A DNA stretch of 32,000 nucleotides from positions 990,001 to 1,022,000 of the forward strand of contig OX638337.1 in NCBI GenBank assembly GCA_951812855.1, written 5' to 3'. A program made the position numbers and the translations under genes. Below the pieces are notes generated by a model. That model made no database searches. It saw only the letters and a program-made list of their open reading frames with translations, and was not told the DNA's origin. Of the stretch, positions 1-7,556 are shown one piece after another. Source of the stretch: an uncultured Lentisphaeria bacterium. Its GTDB lineage: Bacteria; Verrucomicrobiota; Lentisphaeria; JABSQK01; JAJFLO01. Position 1 is the stretch's first letter, and each line of letters begins with the position of its first letter.

Positions 1-1015
1 GGGATGGCTTATCATCGGTGCTCACCTTTTCTCAAGAAAAATTGCGTCGTTCATCATGGAAACGACCAATGGCGTATGTATTTTGATTGATACCAATGAA
101 GATGCGGTCAGAGAGGCACAAAATGAGGGATTTATCGTGATCCAGGGCAATGCGTTGTCGACGGATATTCTTCCTCTTGATCAGATGTCTTCAATCGGCA
201 ATCTCCTCGCACTGACTGATAACCGGGATTTAAACCAGTTGATTTGCGAGAAATGGTCAGAGATGATTGACCGTAATCATTTATACAGGTGGTCGTCACG
301 ATCCATTCAGGATGAAAACGAAATTGGTGGAATGGGAAAGCCGTTATGGCCGATGATCCCAAAACCCTCTCAACTGTCATATGATTTAAAAAACATGAAT
401 GTCAATTGTCGGCAATTAAATGAAAACGAATCGTTTGTAAAGTCATCCGGAAATGAGAGGATGATAACCTTTACTGACAGCACACTTCATTTTTCAGACA
501 GTGTTCCTGAAGGAGTTGAAGCACCTGATGTTTTTGTGTTGGAACGACTGTCGCTGAATTTACTTGGATTAATTAAACGTAATCAAATCTTTTTTCTTGA
601 CTATGACGATTATGAAGAATTGTTAAATGTAATACTTAATGAAATTGAACAGATTTATCCGGATATTGTTAATGATGCACTCAAATCAAGTTTGGTGCAT
701 CGCGAAGTCAAATTTCCCTCAATACTGGCAAATAGAATTGCAGTACCGCACACCCGATCTTCCTCATTAAATGAGTCAATTTGTGTAGTTGTACAGTTAA
801 AACAGGAGATAAATTTACCGCCGCCTAACGCCGGGACTGTCAGACTGTTATTTCTATTATTGACACCCGAAGATAAACCGGAACAACATTTAAGACTTCT
901 TGCAGAAATTGCCAAAATTGCATCGTCCCCGGACTTGGTTGATTCACTTATAAATGTGAATTCGATTGATGATTTAATACAAAATTTTAAGGGTATTAAT
1001 GCAAAAATCGAGTGA
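1..1015 (+). CDS. Regulatory protein or C-terminal region of a cation transporter: TrkA-N/RCK-like NAD-binding domain plus PTS EIIA type-2 (PtsN-like) domain; 5' end lies outside the window
   Basis: Frame 2 is open from nt 2, with no stop before the ATG at 56, so the gene starts upstream. The N-terminal part reads as a TrkA-N Rossmann domain (GWLIIGAHLFSRKIA..VCILIDTNEDAVREAQNEGFIVIQGNA..LALTDNRDLNQ). The last ~140 aa fit the PTS EIIA-2 pattern, including the His context RIAVPHTRS and LLFLLLTPEDKPEQHLRLLAEIA. Confidence 0.7.
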   Translation, partial: GWLIIGAHLFSRKIASFIMETTNGVCILIDTNEDAVREAQNEGFIVIQGNALSTDILPLDQMSSIGNLLALTDNRDLNQLICEKWSEMIDRNHLYRWSSRSIQDENEIGGMGKPLWPMIPKPSQLSYDLKNMNVNCRQLNENESFVKSSGNERMITFTDSTLHFSDSVPEGVEAPDVFVLERLSLNLLGLIKRNQIFFLDYDDYEELLNVILNEIEQIYPDIVNDALKSSLVHREVKFPSILANRIAVPHTRSSSLNESICVVVQLKQEINLPPPNAGTVRLLFLLLTPEDKPEQHLRLLAEIAKIASSPDLVDSLINVNSIDDLIQNFKGINAKIE

Positions 1016-1045
1016 TGAATTAAAAAAAGCACATAAGGAAGAGAA

Positions 1046-1216
1046 ATGAAGTTTGCTGCTAATGCTGCAGCGAAGCGGGCAGGTGTCAGGAGTTGTTATT
1101 GCTGTTTTTACCATACATATGAAGATTCGATTGATAAGATGGATTTTAAAAAATCAGCACGGGTGGTCGCCGGTTTAGAACATGTTATTAAGAATTTAGT
1201 CGGCATAAGGAAATGA
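1046..1216 (+). CDS. Candidate small Cys-rich protein (56 aa), hypothetical
   Basis: ATG at 1046 is preceded by AAGGAAG (1034-1040). It reads MKFAANAAAKRAGVRSCYCCFYHTYEDSIDKMDFKKSARVVAGLEHVIKNLVGIRK* and fills an otherwise empty gap between two genes. It is below the ORF-track length cutoff and I recognise no family. Confidence 0.2.
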   Translation: MKFAANAAAKRAGVRSCYCCFYHTYEDSIDKMDFKKSARVVAGLEHVIKNLVGIRK

Positions 1217-1258
1217 GAAATAACGGATAATAATAAGAAAGTAAATATAGAAAATTGT

Positions 1259-2822
1259 TTAGCTTCGATTAAGCACAATTGCAGTTCGGGCTGGAAGATA
1301 TACGGTGAAGAAATGCTTTTGATTTTTACCGTTATTTTTACATTCTCGGGTATGGTAACGCTGATTTTCATCCAGTCTGCCCTGGCCGTTAAAGGTTTTT
1401 GCATCACTGTCTAATAGAAGTTTGTAAGTCCCGGGATCAGTATAAACCGGTAAATGATTAACGGGGATTAAAGTTAAAGATAAAAATAAGTTGAGCTCGT
1501 TGGAAACAAATTAATTTATCCAGGATGTGGTTGCAGATTAAATCTCCCCTGTCATCAGGATCTAGAAGATTAAACGTGTCGGCTATTTTTATCATTTCCT
1601 TGTCAAATTCTGCTAAATGATAATAAATCAGATTGGGATCATCACGCAGGCTCCACTGGCGTCTTGCATATTGGAACGACCAATCATTTCCTTCTCTCGG
1701 GAAATCAATCCACTCAGGATGACCAAACTCATTTCCCATAAAATTCAAATACCCTTCACCACCGATGGCCAACGTAATCAGACGGATCATTTTATGTAAG
1801 GCGACACCTCTTTCAACAGAGATATTGTTATGGTCAAGATGCATATTGTGGTACATATCTTCGGCAATGGTCAGGGCATCGGGTTTGAGTTTGTGAATCA
1901 GTTTATTTGCCAATGTCAGGCAGGTCAGGGCATCGTTATCCACCTGATCATTGAAATAATCATCATAAGTTGTAAATGTTTTATCAAGACCATGGTCGGT
2001 GTACAGCATGCTGGTGACGCCATCAAAACGAAATCCATCTAAATGAAATTCATCCCGCCAATATCGACAGTTTGATAGCAGAAAATGTATCACTTCACCT
2101 TTTTGACAGTCAAAACATCGTGAGTCCCAGGCGTCATAATAGCCGCGGCTGCCGGTATGAAAATAAAGATGATCAGTACCGTCAAAAAAGCTTAATTATT
2201 CTACTTCATTGCGAACGACATGGGAATGAACCAGATCCATGATGACAGCAACGCCTTGACCGTGTGCGGCATCGATAAGTGCTTTTAATTCATCCGGCGT
2301 CCCGAATCTGGAAGATGCTGTAGAAAAATTAGACACATGATAACCAAATGATCCGTAGTAAGGATGTTCCTGTATTGCCATCAATTGGATGGTATTGTAG
2401 CCGCAATCAACGATTCTCGGGAGAATATTATTTTTGAATTCGGTGTATGATCCGACACGGGTATTCTCCAATGCCATACCAATATGTGTCTCGTAAATGA
2501 TTGGTGGTTTCGTTGATCGTTTAAATCAGGTATCTGCCGGATCAATTTTAATCCTTATAGTTTCGCCTTCCGACCATATTGGGTTTTCTGAATTTTCTGG
2601 CAGGGAAAACATTTTCACCTGGAAATAGCCAACCTCCAACATTGGCAATGAAATTTTGTAATAATTTTTACGAACTGGTTTCATCGGGAAATCAAACCAG
2701 TCGTCATTCTTTTTGGCTTCTCCGAATTCCACCTGATTAATAATATCCTGCCGGTTGTTCCTGCCGTGGCTCAGTGTACTTCTGATCCGGGCGGTCTCTT
2801 GACAGGGTTGATTTAATGTCAA
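1259..2822 (-). pseudogene. glgB: 1,4-alpha-glucan branching enzyme (eukaryote-type GH13, glgB-like), disrupted by two in-frame stops, an internal deletion and a frameshift
   Basis: The minus strand reads a branching enzyme broken four ways. (1) In-frame TGA at 2526-2528 (..[25 protein letters not shown]..). (2) In-frame TAA at 2196-2198 (..[25 protein letters not shown]..), at the position of the Gly in the conserved DGLNxFDGTD motif. (3) About 100 codons are missing near 1856: TIAED runs straight into MYHNM..ERGVALHKMIRLIT, so conserved region IV (AESHDQ-type His/Asp) is absent. (4) A 1-nt frameshift near 1456-1466: ..LIFIFNFNPR*, then in the adjacent frame HLPVYTDPGTYKLLLDSDAKTFNGQGRLDEN..FFTVYLPARTAIVLNRS*, ending at 1259. 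Confidence 0.85.
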
Positions 2823-2871
2823 TAAAAACAGAATAATATCACCACTACAGGATATTACTTCTGATCCGGGC
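2777..2871. repeat. 16-nt perfect direct repeat TACTTCTGATCCGGGC, two copies 79 bp apart (2777-2792 and 2856-2871)
   Basis: Read directly from the sequence. Both copies lie in the degenerate 5' region of the glgB pseudogene and sit in different reading frames. Confidence 0.9.
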
Positions 2872-2925
2872 TTTGGTGTTGTGTCAGCATTTTCTTTAGT
2901 ATCGTTAATACGAAATGTTATAAAA

Positions 2926-3828
2926 TTATATAACCGATCCTATTGAGAAAAGAATACTGTAAAGGATCAACAATTTACCGGTGTTCGCCAGTGATTCGTT
3001 CAGTGCAGATCCGTCTGTGTGGGTAAATATCGTCTTCACTACAGGTATAGCCGGTAATAAAATCAAACTGCTCATGATACTGTATTTGCAGGGTTTGCAG
3101 GCAATAAAAATGTAGACAGGAATCAAACAGGCCAATACGATGCATACTAAAAATTCCCATTTTGCAAATGTTTTTCCAAATATCACGGCAAGGGTTCTCT
3201 TCCCAGATAATCGATCCTCATCAACATCACGAAGGTTATTGACGGCTAACATCGCCATTGATATTAACCCCGGGCCAAAACCGATGATGATAATATTGAT
3301 GTCCAACGTTAATGTCTGGACGTAGTATGTCCCGGCCAGAGCGACAGGTCCGAAAAAAATAAGTACAAAGATATCTCCCAATCCATTGTAACCCAAAGGA
3401 TACGGGCCGCCGGTATACAGTATGCCTGATGTAATTGAAATAACTGTTATGATTAATATTACCCACCCGGCACGCTTAAATAGCAGCAGACCGAGTAATC
3501 CCGTGATTATCATTAGTAAAATATAAGAAATTTTCATTGTCTGTGGTTTAATGAGACCAGCCTGAGTAACCCGGGTCGGGCCGGTTCGTTTATCCGAGTC
3601 CGAACCATTTATAAAATCATAATAGTCATTCGCAAAATTTGTGGCAATCTGAATTGAAATAGCAATGAACAGGCAAATCGCTGCTGATAGCCAATGATAT
3701 AATCCTGTCTTGTATGCTATTGCGGTTCCGATTAACACGGGTGCAATTCCTGCAAACAATGTTTTGGGTCTGATGGCCATAAGCCATATTTCAAATTTAG
3801 ATAAATTCTGGTTCTGACACTTTAACAA
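2926..3828 (-). CDS. menA: 1,4-dihydroxy-2-naphthoate polyprenyltransferase (UbiA superfamily, menaquinone biosynthesis)
   Basis: 300-aa polytopic membrane protein. UbiA-type Asp-rich motif NFANDYYDFINGSDSDKRTGPTR and second motif NNLRDVDEDRLSGKRTLAV, typical of MenA. Confidence 0.85.
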   Translation of the reverse strand: MLKCQNQNLSKFEIWLMAIRPKTLFAGIAPVLIGTAIAYKTGLYHWLSAAICLFIAISIQIATNFANDYYDFINGSDSDKRTGPTRVTQAGLIKPQTMKISYILLMIITGLLGLLLFKRAGWVILIITVISITSGILYTGGPYPLGYNGLGDIFVLIFFGPVALAGTYYVQTLTLDINIIIIGFGPGLISMAMLAVNNLRDVDEDRLSGKRTLAVIFGKTFAKWEFLVCIVLACLIPVYIFIACKPCKYSIMSSLILLPAIPVVKTIFTHTDGSALNESLANTGKLLILYSILFSIGSVI

Positions 3829-4289
3829 AATCTTAACTCCCTAATTTTTTAAAAATCCAGATACGTCTTGCAAAATTCTGTAACGATCCTTCTAAAAATC
3901 TGTCTGACAAGATATTATAATCTATGTTGAGTTTTAAGTATAATGAGATCGATGAAAAAGTATTTTGGGTCGAACATCATACCATTTTGAAGGAATCAAA
4001 TAGACTCTTTAATGATGGTGTAACGAGCAGAAAATTTAACTATGGCAGATACTCATTACAGGGGGATATGGGAAATTGGGATTTGAACTGGCAAAGGCAT
4101 TTTCTAACTCGTAAATCTTGCTTAGCGTTTAACATGAAACCCGGGTTTCAGTGCGGAGCACGGGATAGAAGTATCGATGGGATTAAGATGAATCAGCTCA
4201 CACGTCCTGTATTTAAACTCTGATAACGAAATATTTTCCCGGTGACAGTCATATCACATTTTTTTAAGATACACAGATTTTAATCGATA

Positions 4290-4433
4290 TTAGTTATTGC
4301 CAGCTATATTGATGACAAACAGTCTTAATTCAGCCGATAATGCTGCGGCACTGTCATAGCGTTCATCCGGATCTTTTTTTAATAATTTCTCGAGAATTAA
4401 TTCTAAATCATCTGGAAAATCAAAGTCTGATTC
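4290..4433 (-). pseudogene. Relic of a Hanks-type Ser/Thr protein kinase (C-terminal subdomain XI only)
   Basis: Directly 3' of the PPIase stop, and in the same frame, the minus strand reads SESDFDFPDDLELILEKLLKKDPDERYDSAAALSAELRLFVINIAGNN*. This is the kinase subdomain XI signature (P..L..li.k.L.KdP..RY.sa.el..dL). There is no catalytic core and no start codon. Confidence 0.55.
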
Positions 4434-4436
4434 TGA

Positions 4437-5516
4437 TTAAAAATCGAGTAGTTCAACATCGAAGATTAACGTTGCTTTTGGGGGAATACGTGGCGGGGCT
4501 CCCCGTTCACCATAGGCAAGGCGGTGGGGAATTATTAATATGCGTTGTTCTCCCTTTTTCATATCTAAAAATGCTTCGTCCCATCCTTTGATGACACGAC
4601 CAGCTCCAACATTGAATTCAAATGGTAAATTTCGATCTCGTGAACTGTCAAATGTTTTTCCATTGGCAAGAGTGCCGGTGTAGTGGGCTTTTACTTTTGT
4701 TCCTCTTTTGGGTTTATTACCTGAGCCTTCTTTTAATATAACATATCGTAATCCGGATGCAGTTTTGATTTGGTTCGGCCATTTTTTATTGATAATTGCA
4801 TTGTCCTTTTCCTGTACCGCTTTTTCTTTCTCCGCCTGTTGATTTTTAGCCTTCTTCAGTCGGTTCTTAAAAGTATCATTGTCTGATTTAAACTTGTTTG
4901 CATCGTCACCTACTCTGACAATGGTAATCGAATTTATCTTATCTTTATTCTGAATTTTATTAACGATATCCTGACCGTTTATTACTTCCCCAAAGACTGA
5001 ATGTTTGTTGTCTAACCAGGGAGTTGCCTTGTGAGTGATAAAAAATTGACTGCCATTTGTATCCTGTCCGGAATTTGCCATAGACAGTATTCCCGGGCCG
5101 CTATGTCTAAGAGTTGGGTCAAACTCGTCAGAAAATTTATAACCGGGACCTCCAGTACCTCTGCTGAGTGGACAACCGCCCTGAATCATAAAATCGGGAA
5201 TGACCCGATGAAAGACTAATCCGTCATAAAACTTGGTTCCCTTTGGTTTATTCGATTCAATCGTACCCTCAGCTAATCCGATAAAATTCATGACTGTCAG
5301 TGGAACTTTGTCATAGTGTAACTTCAGCAGGATTGTTCCTTTTGAAGTATTGATCTTTGCATAGATTCCGTCACTGAGTTTTTTTGAAGACGATTCTCCA
5401 GCATAAGAAAGGAAGTTTATGGTTATTATTAGAATTAAGAGCTGAATAATATTTCTTAAATTATAACGGCATAGGATCATCTTTATTCCATCCTGTTTTG
5501 TCTGTTGCTTTTTCAA
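4437..5516 (-). CDS. Secreted dual-family peptidyl-prolyl cis-trans isomerase: N-terminal cyclophilin domain fused to a C-terminal FKBP domain
   Basis: N-terminal hydrophobic signal or anchor ([17 protein letters not shown]). Cyclophilin motifs [55 protein letters not shown]. After a Lys-rich linker, FKBP motifs: [73 protein letters not shown]. Confidence 0.9.
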   Translation of the reverse strand: MKKQQTKQDGIKMILCRYNLRNIIQLLILIITINFLSYAGESSSKKLSDGIYAKINTSKGTILLKLHYDKVPLTVMNFIGLAEGTIESNKPKGTKFYDGLVFHRVIPDFMIQGGCPLSRGTGGPGYKFSDEFDPTLRHSGPGILSMANSGQDTNGSQFFITHKATPWLDNKHSVFGEVINGQDIVNKIQNKDKINSITIVRVGDDANKFKSDNDTFKNRLKKAKNQQAEKEKAVQEKDNAIINKKWPNQIKTASGLRYVILKEGSGNKPKRGTKVKAHYTGTLANGKTFDSSRDRNLPFEFNVGAGRVIKGWDEAFLDMKKGEQRILIIPHRLAYGERGAPPRIPPKATLIFDVELLDF

Positions 5517-5874
5517 TGCTCAAAGTTGGTGCTGATACGGTAAAAGTTTTATACGTAAAAAAACAAGGTAACTGTTATGTCTTCCTGTGGCAATGCAATG
5601 TCTAAAATTTTGCTTTGAATTTGAATTGCTCCTTGATTTGGTGTAAGATGTTAAGTAATAAGATACGTGTGATTTGTGGATTTTTAGATTGGCGTTTTTC
5701 AATAACATTTTGTTCCATAAATCCGAACATTTATTATTTTCTGATGTCCTGACAAATATCCGTGTGATATATCTAAACTGTTGTCTAAGCAGATGCTGTG
5801 TCGCCTAAAATTGAAATCGTTATTTGTTGGTATATGAATTTGAGCCATAACTATGAAAAAGGAGCAATGATAAT

Positions 5875-6213
5875 ATGGAGAACACAAGCTCAAGTACGGA
5901 GAAGTTATCTGAAGCCTTAAAAATGCTTGATGATGCAGCGAAAAGCAAAAAAGCTGAGATTCAGGATTTACTGTCTTCCAAATATAAGAATATAAAAGAA
6001 ACATTTACTGGTTTCGATTCTAAAGACTCAGTTGAAGCGTTAAAGAAAAATGCAACTGAAAAGGCATCAAGAGTAGCTGAAATCAGTGAAGATAGAGTTA
6101 AAGAGATTGCAACTGAAATCGATCAAAATGTCCATAATAATCCCTGGCCGTATATTGGTGGAGCAGCCATATGTTCATTACTCCTCGGCTATATTATGGG
6201 GCGCAAAGATTAA
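5875..6213 (+). CDS. DUF883 (ElaB/YqjD-type) membrane-anchored stress protein
   Basis: 112 aa. Coiled-coil N-terminal part and the family-typical C-terminus NPWPYIGGAAICSLLLGYIMGRKD (a single C-terminal TM). AAGGAG lies 10 nt upstream of the ATG. Confidence 0.75.
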   Translation: MENTSSSTEKLSEALKMLDDAAKSKKAEIQDLLSSKYKNIKETFTGFDSKDSVEALKKNATEKASRVAEISEDRVKEIATEIDQNVHNNPWPYIGGAAICSLLLGYIMGRKD

Positions 6214-6267
6214 TTTTGCATTACATTCAATCCGGAAGAGTATCAAGACAGATAGTCATAACAAACA

Positions 6268-6657
6268 ATGAATAACATATTCAGTTCGATATTTAGTCGA
6301 GTTATAAGTCCAGTTTTCAAAGCAAGTCGGCAGACGTCTCTTAAATTATTAAAAATTGAAGTGGCCCGATGTCGTATTAATATTGTAAAAAAAGTGCGTC
6401 TGGCGTTTCTTGGCGGTGCAGGAGTCCTTTTCTTATACAGTTTTTTTACAAGTGGTTTTCTAATGTTGGCGGCGACTTGCTTTATCATATTAATGGTAAA
6501 ATTTGGAGTGAAAACTGCCGTAATTTTTCTATTTATATCAGGTGCTTTATGTTGTCTAATCCCAATCACCATACTGTCGATAGTCAGCTCAGAAAAAGCC
6601 TGGCTAAAACATACCGATTGTGATTCTATCCTGGACGATGTTTTTTCAGGAAAATAA
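6268..6657 (+). CDS. Two-TM membrane protein, YqjE/holin-X-like (DUF1469-like) by architecture and context
   Basis: 129 aa with an amphipathic N-terminus and two hydrophobic helices (LAFLGGAGVLFLYSFFTSGFLML and AVIFLFISGALCCLIPITILSIV). It follows a DUF883 gene, as yqjE follows yqjD in E. coli. The family call is tentative. Confidence 0.45.
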   Translation: MNNIFSSIFSRVISPVFKASRQTSLKLLKIEVARCRINIVKKVRLAFLGGAGVLFLYSFFTSGFLMLAATCFIILMVKFGVKTAVIFLFISGALCCLIPITILSIVSSEKAWLKHTDCDSILDDVFSGK

Positions 6658-6797
6658 TATCCTGTCTTTCACGCAGTGAAAAACCAGATCCTGATGTCTT
6701 GCCCGTATCCCTGACTCCACTAAAACATGGATATATGAAAAGCTGATATGTGGATACAGACCAGTGTTCTGTCCTCAGTATTTTATTAAAAGGATGA

Positions 6798-7556
6798 TTG
6801 AATCTGAATCGTATGAAAAATTGGTACAAAGACGCCTTTACTGAAGATTATATTCATATTTATCAACACCGCAACCAAACAGAAGCGACAATTCTAATCG
6901 ACCGGTTATTGAAATTTTTGAATTTACCAGGCGATTCATTGTGTTTAGATTTATGCTGTGGATTTGGTCGTCATTTATCATATTTATTAGATCAGGGGAT
7001 AAATACATATGGATTAGATTTATCACAGCCACTACTGGAAAATGCGGTTGAAATAAGGCAATTATCCGGTCGTGTCATTCTTGGAGATATGAGACACATT
7101 CCCTTTAGTAAGTCATTTGATTTTGTTTTCTCCTTTTTCTCCAGTTTTGGTTATTTTCACAGGGATTCAGAAAATATACAAGTTTTACAGGAGATTAATC
7201 GAGTGTTAAAACCAAAGGGAAGATTCTTAATCGATTATCTTAATGCTGAGCATGTTAAAGATAATTTGAGAGAACATGACCTTCGTTGCTATGATAATTT
7301 TACTGTAAAGCAGAAGCGCTGGATAAATTCAGATTTAAATACGGTAGAAAAAGAGTTAATCATTGAAGATGTCAAGGGTGAACGATCTTATTTTGAGAGT
7401 GTTAAACTCTATGATCTGGTAGATTTCAGGCAACTTTGTTCAGCCTCGAATTTGAAAATCACCCATGAATTTGGAGATGCCATTGGAAAACCGTTTGACA
7501 TCGGATCAAGTCGTTTGATCATGGTGGGGGGAAAAATTGACAGTCACCTTTCATAA
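6798..7556 (+). CDS. Class I SAM-dependent methyltransferase
   Basis: Motif I LCLDLCCGFGRH, post-I YGLDLS, and later FDFVFSFFSSFGYF and LKPKGRFLIDYLN. The track start at 6798 is TTG; the ATG at 6813 (MKNWYK) is an alternative. The 3' end overlaps bshC by 20 nt. Confidence 0.8.
   Translation: MNLNRMKNWYKDAFTEDYIHIYQHRNQTEATILIDRLLKFLNLPGDSLCLDLCCGFGRHLSYLLDQGINTYGLDLSQPLLENAVEIRQLSGRVILGDMRHIPFSKSFDFVFSFFSSFGYFHRDSENIQVLQEINRVLKPKGRFLIDYLNAEHVKDNLREHDLRCYDNFTVKQKRWINSDLNTVEKELIIEDVKGERSYFESVKLYDLVDFRQLCSASNLKITHEFGDAIGKPFDIGSSRLIMVGGKIDSHLS

Noticed and set aside
1108-1407. 99-aa minus-strand track ORF.
   Set aside because: It overlaps, out of frame, the recognisable C-terminal branching-enzyme segment (HLPVYTDPGTYKLLLDSD...YLPARTAIVL, 1259-1456). 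Its own translation has no recognisable features.
2196-2528. In-frame TGA (2526-2528) and TAA (2196-2198) inside an otherwise well-conserved branching-enzyme reading frame. This could indicate stop-codon reassignment (an alternative genetic code) or selenocysteine.
   Set aside because: Two different stop codons are involved. The same gene also carries a frameshift and a large deletion of essential catalytic residues. All other conserved genes in the window end at TAA/TGA/TAG exactly where their families normally end, with no internal stops. Pseudogenisation explains everything.
3924-4223. 99-aa plus-strand ORF between menA and the kinase relic. I also checked this region on the minus strand for more kinase fragments (DFG, HRDLKPEN, APE motifs).
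   Set aside because: No SD, no recognisable motif, and odd composition. No further kinase-like peptide was found in any minus-strand frame. It is probably non-coding remnant DNA holding the menA promoter.
4433-4440. Programmed stop-codon readthrough joining the PPIase to the kinase-tail peptide, which is in the same frame.
   Set aside because: The FKBP domain ends at its normal family terminus (..IFDVELLDF). The stop is a strong TAA. A 47-aa kinase tail has no plausible independent function. The shared frame is best treated as coincidence from a deletion.
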